Source: a bacterium UBP2_UBA5202 (GTDB lineage: Bacteria > Edwardsbacteria > AC1 > EtOH8). From it: a stretch of 64,000 nucleotides of DNA. Under the pieces are notes generated by a model that searched no databases, was not told the origin of the DNA, and saw nothing but the letters and a program-made list of their open reading frames with translations. Position numbers and translations under genes: made by a program. This document shows, piece after piece, positions 1 through 7,937 of the stretch. The stretch lies in the NCBI GenBank assembly GCA_002412795.1, contig DHVS01000029.1:195282-259281 (forward strand), written 5' to 3'. How positions within the stretch are numbered: the first letter of the stretch is position 1; the number at the start of each line of letters is the position of its first letter.

Positions 1-1512
1 CAAAAGGTTGATGCCGACCAGGACATCGAACTCGCCCAGGCGCAGGCCTCTCAATATTTCCACCCGCTCGATGGCATCGATCTCGGAATGCATGTAGCGC
101 ACCCTCACTCCGGCCTGGTCCAAATATTCCGAAAGGTCCTCCGACATCTTCTTGGTAAGGGTGGTGACCAGCACCCGCTCCTTCCGCTCCACCCGCTGGC
201 GGATCTGCTCCAAAAGATCGTCTATCTGCCCGGTGATGGGTTTCACCTCCACCTCGGGATCCACCAATCCGGTGGGCCGGATGATCTGCTCGATCACCCT
301 TCCCTGGGACCTATTAAGTTCGTAGTCGGCCGGGGTGGCGGAAGTATAGATGACCTGGTTGACCATGGACTCGAATTCCGGGAATCTTAGCGGCCGGTTG
401 TCCATGGCCGAGGGCAGTCGGAACCCGAAATCCACCAGGGTCTCCTTGCGGGAGCGGTCCCCGGCGTACATCCCGCCGATCTGGGGAATGGTGACGTGGG
501 ACTCGTCCACGATCAAAAGATAGTCCTTGGGGAAGAAATCCAGCAGGCAGAACGGGCGCTCGCCCTCCTGGCGGCCGGAGAGATAGCGGGAATAGTTCTC
601 GATGCCGGAACAGTAGCCCAGCTCCTTGATCAGCTCCAGGTCGTACTTGGTGCGCTGCTGGATCCGCTGGGCCTCCAAAAGTTTTCCCTGGTTGGTAAGG
701 TCGGCCACCCGCCACTTGAGCTCCTCTTCGATGCTCTGGAAGGCCGTCTCCAGCCGGGGCGGGGAGACCACGAAATGTTTGGTGGGATAGATGGCCACCC
801 GGTCCCGCGATTCCATCACCGTGCCGGTCAGGGGATCGAACTGGGAAAGTTTTACCACCTTGTCGTCGTCCAGCTCTATCCGGATGCCGATGTTCTCGTC
901 GCCGGGATGGACCTCGATGAAGTTGCCTCTTACCCGGAACGTGGCCCGCTCAAAAGCCACGTCGTTGCGGGAGTACTGGATGCGGACCAGTTGCTTCATG
1001 ATCTGCTCCCGGTCGGCCTTCTGGCCCAGCTCAAGAAGAAGCACGTACTCCTTCCACTCGTCGGGCGAGCCCAGGGAATAGATGCAGGAGACCGAGGCCA
1101 CGATGATCACGTCCCTCCGTTCCAGCAGGGCCGCGGTGGACTTCAGCCTCAGCCGGTCGATGTCGTCGTTCTTGGAGGCGTCCTTCTCGATGTAGGTGTC
1201 GCTGGACGGGATATAGGCCTCGGGCTGGTAGTAGTCGTAGTAGGAGATGAAATATTCCACCGCATTGCGGGGAAAAAAGCCCTTGAACTCGCCGTAAAGC
1301 TGGGCGGCCAGGGTCTTGTTGTGGGAGATGATCAGGGTGGGCCGGTTGAGCTGGGCGATGACGTTGGCCATGGCAAAGGTCTTGCCGCTGCCGGTAACGC
1401 CCAGCAGGACCTGGTCCTTGACCCCTGCGTTGATGCCTTCCAGCAGTTGCCGGATGGCCTGGGGCTGGTCCCCGGTGGGTTTGTAGGTGGATTCGAGTTT
1501 GAACTGGTTCAT
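1..1512 (-). CDS. uvrB: Excinuclease ABC subunit B (UvrB), C-terminal part cut by window edge
   Basis: Reverse strand from ATG at 1512-1510 reads [55 protein letters not shown]...[16 protein letters not shown] (Walker A, UvrB beta-hairpin region). The listed + ORF 496..1533 is its mirror image. Confidence 0.95.
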   Translation of the reverse strand, partial: MNQFKLESTYKPTGDQPQAIRQLLEGINAGVKDQVLLGVTGSGKTFAMANVIAQLNRPTLIISHNKTLAAQLYGEFKGFFPRNAVEYFISYYDYYQPEAYIPSSDTYIEKDASKNDDIDRLRLKSTAALLERRDVIIVASVSCIYSLGSPDEWKEYVLLLELGQKADREQIMKQLVRIQYSRNDVAFERATFRVRGNFIEVHPGDENIGIRIELDDDKVVKLSQFDPLTGTVMESRDRVAIYPTKHFVVSPPRLETAFQSIEEELKWRVADLTNQGKLLEAQRIQQRTKYDLELIKELGYCSGIENYSRYLSGRQEGERPFCLLDFFPKDYLLIVDESHVTIPQIGGMYAGDRSRKETLVDFGFRLPSAMDNRPLRFPEFESMVNQVIYTSATPADYELNRSQGRVIEQIIRPTGLVDPEVEVKPITGQIDDLLEQIRQRVERKERVLVTTLTKKMSEDLSEYLDQAGVRVRYMHSEIDAIERVEILRGLRLGEFDVLVGINLL

Positions 1513-1515
1513 GTT

Positions 1516-1755
1516 TTAAATAAAATACAATGAGAGCAGTGTTGCGGCAGAAACAATAATTGAAATCCTATACATAAGTAAACTGGACGATGAAATGTCG
1601 TCCTTAATTTTTTGTTTTTCTTCCTTGCTGCTGTCCCTCTTATTCATATACAAACTAAAATCAATGATTTTGCTGTCTATGGGTTTTGCATAAATGAATA
1701 ATATACCCAGAATTATTGGCCCGAATATTTTAACAAATAAATGCATGCGTTTCAT
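1516..1755 (-). CDS. Small hypothetical membrane protein (79 aa)
   Basis: ORF in a visibly AT-rich stretch between glmS and uvrB. Two hydrophobic segments (FGPIILGILFIY, IIVSAATLLSLYFI). No recognisable family. Confidence 0.3.
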   Translation of the reverse strand: MKRMHLFVKIFGPIILGILFIYAKPIDSKIIDFSLYMNKRDSSKEEKQKIKDDISSSSLLMYRISIIVSAATLLSLYFI

Positions 1756-1812
1756 TCTCCTTTCAATAATAATACAACGTATTAACAGTGAAAGTCAATT
1801 GCAAAGTATGCA

Positions 1813-1845
1813 ACAGAACCCCGCCTTGCGGCGGGGTTCTGTTTT
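1813..1845. terminator. GC-rich hairpin downstream of glmS (possible terminator)
   Basis: ACAGAACCCCGCC-TTGC-GGCGGGGTTCTGT followed by TTT on the + strand, about 90 nt beyond the glmS stop. The U-tract is on the wrong strand for glmS, so the call is weak. Confidence 0.3.
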
Positions 1846-1932
1846 GACCTAACCTGGTTGGGTCCGACCACATTCTATCATGCCGGGCATGCATGTAGGG
1901 GCAATTCATGAATTGCCCCTACGGTAATTATA

Positions 1933-3765
1933 TTATTCCACCGTCACACTCTTAGCCAAATTCCTCGGCTGGTCCACATTGCACCCCCTGGCCACCGCCA
2001 TATGATAAGCCAGCAGCTGCAGCGGCACCACGTTAACTATCGGCCCAAAGTAGCTGACCGTCCGGGGCACCCGGATCACAAACTCGGCCAGGCTGTCTAT
2101 CTCGTGGTCGTCTTCGTTGGCGATGGCTATCACCCTGCCCTTGCGGGCCCGCACTTCCTGGATGTTGCTGATCACCTTGCTGTACAGTGCGTCCTTGGGG
2201 GCCACAACGACCACCGGCATATTCTCGTCTATCAGGGCTATCGGCCCGTGCTTCATCTCGGCCGCGGGATATCCCTCGGCGTGGACGTAGGAGATCTCCT
2301 TCAACTTCAGCGCGCCTTCCAAAGCGGTGGGGAAATTGCTGCCCCGGCCCAGGTAGAGGAAGTTGCGGACGTTCTTGAATTCTTCGGCCAGCTGTTTTAT
2401 CTGCTGGTCCAATTCCAGCACTTTCTTGACCTTCTCCGGGATGGTGGCCAGTTCGCCTGCCAGCACCCTGCCCCGGGTCTGTCCCATGCCCTTGCGGCGG
2501 GCCAGCATGATGGAGATCAGCGCCAGGCCTGCGATCTGCGAGGTAAATGCTTTTGTCGAGGCCACCCCTATCTCCGGCCCGGCGTGAATGTATATACCGG
2601 CCTCGGTCTCCCGGGGAATGGTGCTGCCCACCACGTTCACTATTCCCAGCGCAGCCGCCCCCTTCTGCTTGGCCTCGCGCAATGCGCCCAGGGTGTCGGC
2701 GGTCTCGCCGCTCTGGCTGATGACGAACAGCACGTCCTCCGGGCCGATCACCGGACTGCGATAGCGGAACTCCGAGGCATAGTCCACCTCCACCGGGATC
2801 CGGGCCATCTGCTCCAGCATGTACTTGCCGGCCAGGGCCGCGTGCCAGGAGGTGCCGCAGGCGGTGATGATTATTCTTTTGGCGTTGACCAGCCGGTCCA
2901 TCACCGGCAGCAGGCCGCCCAGGTGGGCGTCGCCCTCTTCCACCCGTAAACGCCCCCGCAGGCAGTTCAAAATTGATTCCGGCTGCTCGTAGATCTCCTT
3001 GAGCATGAAATGGTCGTAGCCGCCCTTCTCGATCTGGGCCAGGGACAATGTGATCTGCTCCACCTGTTTCACCACCTCCTGGTCCCGGATGGTCTTGATG
3101 GTGCAGGCCTCCTTGGTAATGCAGGCTATCTCGTCGTCGTTAAGGTAGACCACCTGCCGGGTATGCTCCACCAGGGCCGAGGCGTCCGAGGCGATGTAAT
3201 TCTGGCCCTCGCCCAGCCCGATCACGATGGGGCTGCCGCGGCGGGCGGCGATTATCTTGTCCGGCTCTTTCTGGGATATCACCAGGATCCCGAAGGTGCC
3301 CTCCACCTCCAGCAGGGCATAGCGCACCGCGGTGCAGAGGTCGCCGGTCTTCTTCAGCATCTCCTCTATCAGGTGCACCAGCACCTCGGTGTCGGTGGCG
3401 GTCTTGATGACGTGGCCGTCCTGGATCAGCTTTTTCTTGATGGTGGCGTAGTTCTCGATGATCCCGTTGTGGATCAGGGCGATGGTGCCGCTGCAGTCCA
3501 CATGGGGGTGGGCGTTAAGGTCGCTGGGTTCGCCGTGGGTGGCCCACCGGGTGTGGCCGATGCCCAGCCCGGAATCAAGATCTTGGCCCTGCAGCAGCTG
3601 TTCCAGGTCGGAGACCTTGCCAGCCTTCTTTTTGACCACCAGCCTGCCGTCCTTGACCAGGGCCACCCCGGCCGAGTCGTAGCCCCGGTATTCCAGGCGT
3701 TTCAGGCCCTCCAGCAAGACCGGCAGGGCTTTGCCCCCGCCGATGTATCCCACTATTCCGCACAT
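1933..3765 (-). CDS. glmS: Glutamine--fructose-6-phosphate aminotransferase (isomerising)
   Basis: 610 aa. MCGIVGYIG N-terminal Cys nucleophile of class II amidotransferases, two SIS domains, C-terminal ...LAKSVTVE. Confidence 0.97.
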   Translation of the reverse strand: MCGIVGYIGGGKALPVLLEGLKRLEYRGYDSAGVALVKDGRLVVKKKAGKVSDLEQLLQGQDLDSGLGIGHTRWATHGEPSDLNAHPHVDCSGTIALIHNGIIENYATIKKKLIQDGHVIKTATDTEVLVHLIEEMLKKTGDLCTAVRYALLEVEGTFGILVISQKEPDKIIAARRGSPIVIGLGEGQNYIASDASALVEHTRQVVYLNDDEIACITKEACTIKTIRDQEVVKQVEQITLSLAQIEKGGYDHFMLKEIYEQPESILNCLRGRLRVEEGDAHLGGLLPVMDRLVNAKRIIITACGTSWHAALAGKYMLEQMARIPVEVDYASEFRYRSPVIGPEDVLFVISQSGETADTLGALREAKQKGAAALGIVNVVGSTIPRETEAGIYIHAGPEIGVASTKAFTSQIAGLALISIMLARRKGMGQTRGRVLAGELATIPEKVKKVLELDQQIKQLAEEFKNVRNFLYLGRGSNFPTALEGALKLKEISYVHAEGYPAAEMKHGPIALIDENMPVVVVAPKDALYSKVISNIQEVRARKGRVIAIANEDDHEIDSLAEFVIRVPRTVSYFGPIVNVVPLQLLAYHMAVARGCNVDQPRNLAKSVTVE

Positions 3766-3804
3766 ACTATCAACTTCCTATTTGTTTCATTTGTCACCCA
3801 GCGT

Positions 3805-3981
3805 GTCATCCTGAGAAGTCCCACCTGCTCTATGAGTTGAAGGATCGTCTGTTTTATTCATTCTAAATGTCACCCTGAGGCTTGCCCTGAGCCGTGTCGA
3901 AGGGATTGCATCCTGCCCGAAAAACCGAATGGCGACATTCATCCTTCGATCAGTAAGGCAAGGAGTAAGGCTCAGGATGAC
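3805..3981. repeat. Intergenic GTCAYCCTGAG-type inverted-repeat element (REP-like)
   Basis: GTCATCCTGAG (3805-3815) and its exact reverse complement CTCAGGATGAC (3971-3981) flank GTCACCCTGAGG (3869-3880) and GCCCTGAGCCGTGTCGAAGGG (3884-3904). Related strings at 5700-5719, 43505-43530 and 61473-61576. Confidence 0.6.
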
Positions 3982-3993
3982 AGCAGATCAAGG

Positions 3994-5337
3994 TTACTTA
4001 AGTCTTTTTATCGTATCAACCAACCCTTGGGTGGTCTTCCGGTCTTTGCCCTCGGCTATCACCCGCACTATCGGCTCGGTGCCCGAGGACCTGACATGCA
4101 CCCAGGCATCCTGGAATATTACCTTCACCCCGTCGCTGGCGTCCATCTTCTGCCCGGCATATTTCTTTTTAACCAAAGCCAGCAGCCTTGCAGGGTCCTT
4201 CACCACCAGCGTTTCCTTGATCATGCTGTAATGGGGAAGTTCTTCAGCTAATTGCGAGATGCTCCTGCCGCTCCCGGCCATTAGCTGAAGTATCAAAGCC
4301 ATCCCGGCGGTGGCGTCGCGGCCGTAGTTCAGCGACGGGATTATGATGCCGCCGTTGCCCTCTCCGCCTACCACGGCCCGGCTCTTTTTCATGGCGCCCA
4401 CCACATTGGCCTCGCCGATGGCGGTGCGGATGACCTTGACGCCAAACCTGGCGGCGGCATCCTCCACCATCCGGCTGGTGGAAAGGTTGGTCACCACCGG
4501 GCCTTTTTTGTTCCGGAGCATGAACATCACGGCCAGGGCCAGGGAATACTCCTCGCCCAGGGCTCTCCCCCGGTTGGAGACTATGGACAGCCGGTCCACG
4601 TCGGCATCGGTGGCAAAGCCGATGTCGGCCTTGTGCTTTTTGACCGCGGCTTCCAGCGCTTTCAGGTTCTTGGCCTGGGGTTCTATGGGCCTGGGGAAGT
4701 CGCCGTTGGTCTCGGGATAAAGCGAGATCACCCGGCAGCCCAGTTCCTTCAACAGCAATTCGAATATAGGTCCGCCGGCCCCGCGGCAGGTATCGGTGAC
4801 CACCTTGTATCTTCGTTTCCTGATCAGGGGCAGGTTCAGAAAAGGCAGATCGAGTATTCTTTGGACATGGTCACCGATGGCAGTCTGGTAACGGAACGAG
4901 AAACCCAGATCATCGAAGCCCACATATCTCTGCTGTTTGTTCTGGAAAAGCGAGATCACCTTCCGGCCCTGCTGTTGGTTCAGGAAGATCCCTTGGCCGG
5001 AGACAAATTTCAGGGCATTCCACTGGGGCGGGTTGTGGCTGGCGGTGATGGCGATGCCGCCCCTGGCCCCCAGTTCCCGGACCATCAGTTGGACGGTGGG
5101 GGTGGGAACTATCCCTATCTTGATCACGTCGCAGCCGACGGACTGCAAAGCAGCTTCCACCGCCGACTCCAGCATGGGCCCGGAATGGCGGGAGTCGCGG
5201 CCCACCACGATCCGTCCCTGTCCGCAGAAGGTGCCGAAGGCCGCGGCGAAACCGGAGACATTCTCCGGGGTCAGGCTCTGGCCCACTACTCCCCGGATCC
5301 CGGCCACGCTGATCATTAAGTTGCTTTTATTTTTCAT
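3994..5337 (-). CDS. glmM: Alpha-D-phosphohexomutase family, probable phosphoglucosamine mutase
   Basis: 447 aa. Phosphoserine loop ITASHNPPQWNALKF, metal site FATDADVDRL. Immediately upstream of glmS on the same strand. GlmM versus PMM/PGM specificity cannot be decided from sequence alone. Confidence 0.7.
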   Translation of the reverse strand: MKNKSNLMISVAGIRGVVGQSLTPENVSGFAAAFGTFCGQGRIVVGRDSRHSGPMLESAVEAALQSVGCDVIKIGIVPTPTVQLMVRELGARGGIAITASHNPPQWNALKFVSGQGIFLNQQQGRKVISLFQNKQQRYVGFDDLGFSFRYQTAIGDHVQRILDLPFLNLPLIRKRRYKVVTDTCRGAGGPIFELLLKELGCRVISLYPETNGDFPRPIEPQAKNLKALEAAVKKHKADIGFATDADVDRLSIVSNRGRALGEEYSLALAVMFMLRNKKGPVVTNLSTSRMVEDAAARFGVKVIRTAIGEANVVGAMKKSRAVVGGEGNGGIIIPSLNYGRDATAGMALILQLMAGSGRSISQLAEELPHYSMIKETLVVKDPARLLALVKKKYAGQKMDASDGVKVIFQDAWVHVRSSGTEPIVRVIAEGKDRKTTQGLVDTIKRLK

Positions 5338-5445
5338 ATTTTACAATTAAAATAACAAGGAGCTATTTTATAAGGAATCCATGAAGGCAGGAAGCAATTT
5401 GTATCATAGCCTGTACTTTCACGTGCGAGGGTTAAGGCCCTCCTA

Positions 5446-5501
5446 GAGCCGCTGACCCCGCCAGGGCGGGGCAAGGTAAAAGCCAAGCATGGAGCCGCTG
5501 A
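5446..5501 (-). repeat. Degenerate copies of the tRNA-Thr 3' end
   Basis: AAGCCAAGCATGGAGCCGCTGA at 5480-5501 is identical to 5574-5595 (tRNA 3' end plus flank). GAGCCGCTGACC at 5446-5457 equals 5586-5597. Confidence 0.8.
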
Positions 5502-5583
5502 TCCTCCTACGCTAAAGCGGAGCCTGCCCTGAGAATAACCGCATACTTTGCAGGCAAAGGGGCGGACAAGCCCAAGCCAAGCA

Positions 5584-5659
5584 TGGAGCCGCTGACCGGA
5601 ATCGAACCGGTGACCTACGCTTTACGAGAGCGTCGCTCTACCAACTGAGCTACAGCGGC
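5584..5659 (-). tRNA. tRNA-Thr (anticodon CGU), CCA encoded
   Basis: Reverse complement folds as a cloverleaf: acceptor GCCGCTG/CAGCGGC, D arm GCTC-AGTTGGTA-GAGC, anticodon stem ACGCT/AGCGT with loop CTCGTAA (anticodon CGT), T arm ACCGG-TTCGATT-CCGGT, then T-CCA. 76 nt. Confidence 0.92.
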
Positions 5660-5718
5660 TTGGATGTGCTATCTTGTTGTGCCGGACCCCCTGCGTCCCG
5701 CCCTGAGCCTGTCGAAGG

Positions 5719-5736
5719 GAGCTACAGCGGCTTGGA
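5719..5736 (-). repeat. Exact copy of the tRNA-Thr 5' end plus upstream flank
   Basis: GAGCTACAGCGGCTTGGA at 5719-5736 is identical to 5647-5664. Confidence 0.8.
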
Positions 5737-5803
5737 CTATCCCACTAAATACACTAAAACAAACTAAAATACACTAAGAAATGCTAATAATATTTTGTGC
5801 CTT

Positions 5804-6586
5804 TTAGTGGGCAGGTATTTTCCTTTTGTGCCGTAATTTTAACATCAAACCGGCCGTGATTGCAATTAAAATGATACCCATGCTGATCCACTGATTATTG
5901 GTCAAACCAAAGCTCCATCTTTGGGACTGCTCGTAGATCCGGAACTGGTCGCTGACGAAGCGCCATATCCCGTAAAGCAAAAAGAGAAGGCAGATGGAAA
6001 AGCCTGAAAACTTTCGCTTGTTCCGCAGGGTCCACAGCAGGCCGAAGGCCGCAAAACCAAACAGGGCCTCGTAAAGCTGGGTGGGATGAACCGGGCATCC
6101 CGAAGCCAGCTCGGCAGCGCCGTTGACCGGGAAAGTTACCGCCCAGGGAAGACTGCTTGGTTTGCCGAAACAACAGCCGTTAAGAAAACAGCCTATCCGG
6201 CCCAGTCCCAGGCCCATGGCAAATCCGGGCGCCGCAATGTCGGCTATGGTCCAGAATGATATCTTCCGCACCCGGCAATAGGCCACCGCCGTCAAGGTCC
6301 CCAGGATGAAACCGCCGTAAAAGGTCAGTCCCCCCTCCCACACCGCCAAAGCCTTCCAGGGGGTTGAAGAGTACTCGTTCCAATGGGTGGTCACGTACAT
6401 CAGGCGGGAACCGATGACCGAGCCGGCCATGATGAACACGCTCAGGTCTACGACCAGGTTCTTGTCCAACCCGAATTTCTTGGCCTGCAGTTCCATCAGC
6501 CAGATCCCGGCCAGAAAGGCCAGGGCCAGCATCAACCCGTAACTGTGCAGTGTCAGGGGTCCTATTTTAAAAATGTCTGGAAGCAT
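5804..6586 (-). CDS. lgt: Prolipoprotein diacylglyceryl transferase
   Basis: 260 aa polytopic membrane protein. N-terminus IGPLTLHSYGLMLALAFLAG, GRIGCFLNGCCFGKP motif, HPTQLYEA motif. Confidence 0.93.
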   Translation of the reverse strand: MLPDIFKIGPLTLHSYGLMLALAFLAGIWLMELQAKKFGLDKNLVVDLSVFIMAGSVIGSRLMYVTTHWNEYSSTPWKALAVWEGGLTFYGGFILGTLTAVAYCRVRKISFWTIADIAAPGFAMGLGLGRIGCFLNGCCFGKPSSLPWAVTFPVNGAAELASGCPVHPTQLYEALFGFAAFGLLWTLRNKRKFSGFSICLLFLLYGIWRFVSDQFRIYEQSQRWSFGLTNNQWISMGIILIAITAGLMLKLRHKRKIPAH

Positions 6587-6713
6587 CTATTGCAGTTTAC
6601 TGTTTACTGTCCATTCGTTTGTTAGGCAAGCCGTCTTTACTCAGGACAAGTTTTGGCGTTTGGGGTTATTAGTATTCTGCCTTTATTTTTCATTTTCTGC
6701 CTTCGTTTTCCGT

Positions 6714-7937
6714 TTAGTACTCATACCGCCTCAGGCCGATGTTCAAAAGTATCCCGGTCATCACCAGCATGGTTATCAGCGACGTTCCCCCGTAGCTCAG
6801 GAACGGCAGGGGTATCCCGGTCACCGGCATTATTCCCAGGGTGACACCGATGTTCAGAAAAACTTGAAATCCCATGATGCCGATGATCCCGATGGCGGTG
6901 AAACTGGCGAAACGGTTGCGGGCTTGCCGGGCAATAATCATGCCCCGGAACAAAAGCCAGAAGAAAAGCGAAAGCACCACCAAGACCCCGATCAAGCCGA
7001 ATTCCTCGGCGAAGGTGGAAAAGAGGAAGTCGGTGTGCTGTTCCGGCAGAAAGGAAAGCTTTTTCTGGGTGCCCTGCAGAAAACCCTTGCCCAGCAGTCC
7101 GCCTGAGCCCACCGCTATCTTGGACTGCAGCACATGCCAGCCGGCCCCCTTGGGATCCAGGTCGGGGTTGATGAAGGTCAGCAGCCGTTTGCGCTGATAT
7201 CCCTTGAGCCCGTACCAGACGGCCGGGGCCAGGCTGCCGATCAGGATGTTGATCAGGAATATGGGCAGGGCGTGCTTGAACTTGACCCGGAAGAACCAGA
7301 AAGCCAGGGCCATCAGCAGCATGAAACCGATCCAGCTGGGCATAGAGATCACGGCCACCATAGAGAGCACCGGCGAGACCATGAAGAAAAAGTTGCCGAA
7401 GGACAGCCCCTGCCAGAACACCATGGTCAGAAAAAGCGCGGCGAACGACAGCGAGGTCCCCAGATCGGGCTCCACCAGCACCAGGGCCGCCGGAAGCAGC
7501 ACTATGCCCATGGGGACCAGAAGTTTCCAAAATTTATCCAGTGAAAAATCGTGGGCCGAAAGCACTTTGGCCAAAACGAAGACCGTGGCCAGCTTGGCCA
7601 GCTCCGAGGGCTGGAACCTGACGAACCCTAAATTTATCCAGCGGTGGGCCTTCATCACCGGCGGGGCGAACAGCACCGCCACCAGCAGAATCAACGAAAC
7701 TATGTACAACGGCCAGGCAAATGCCTCAAAATAACGGAAGGGCACGGCGATGGTAAAAGCCATCAGCAGCAGGCCCAGGCCCAGCGAGAAGAGCTGCTTT
7801 TGCCACAGACCCAAAAACTGGGGCTGATCGATCTGAGTGGCGCTGTATATGGCTACGATGCCGATGGCGCACAGCAAAAGAACTGCCGACACCAACTGCA
7901 GGTCAAAATCGCGGGAGCCGAAAAATTTGATCTTCAT
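6714..7937 (-). CDS. rodA: Rod shape-determining protein RodA (FtsW/RodA/SpoVE family)
   Basis: Polytopic SEDS protein (…QPSELAK…, GIPLPFLSYGGTSL C-terminal motif). The likely start MKIKFF at 7937 forms an ATGA overlap with the mrdA stop. The ORF-track start at 7994 is probably an extension. Confidence 0.9.
   Translation of the reverse strand: MKIKFFGSRDFDLQLVSAVLLLCAIGIVAIYSATQIDQPQFLGLWQKQLFSLGLGLLLMAFTIAVPFRYFEAFAWPLYIVSLILLVAVLFAPPVMKAHRWINLGFVRFQPSELAKLATVFVLAKVLSAHDFSLDKFWKLLVPMGIVLLPAALVLVEPDLGTSLSFAALFLTMVFWQGLSFGNFFFMVSPVLSMVAVISMPSWIGFMLLMALAFWFFRVKFKHALPIFLINILIGSLAPAVWYGLKGYQRKRLLTFINPDLDPKGAGWHVLQSKIAVGSGGLLGKGFLQGTQKKLSFLPEQHTDFLFSTFAEEFGLIGVLVVLSLFFWLLFRGMIIARQARNRFASFTAIGIIGIMGFQVFLNIGVTLGIMPVTGIPLPFLSYGGTSLITMLVMTGILLNIGLRRYEY

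Noticed and set aside
496-1533. Long + strand ORFs across the window (e.g. 496..1533, 2002..2949, 3010..3840, 8333..9241, 11425..12330, 13584..14306, 52481..53260, 59975..60937)
   Set aside because: They are mirror-image ORFs of well-supported minus-strand genes in GC-rich DNA. Their translations are low-complexity (G/R/P/A/H-rich) with no recognisable motifs.
3766-3993. Possible glmS ribozyme/riboswitch in the 228-nt spacer upstream of glmS
   Set aside because: The spacer has none of the conserved glmS ribozyme core strings. It is instead explained by GTCAYCCTGAG/CGAAGGG hairpin repeats that recur elsewhere in the window. A covariance-model scan (Rfam glmS) would settle it.
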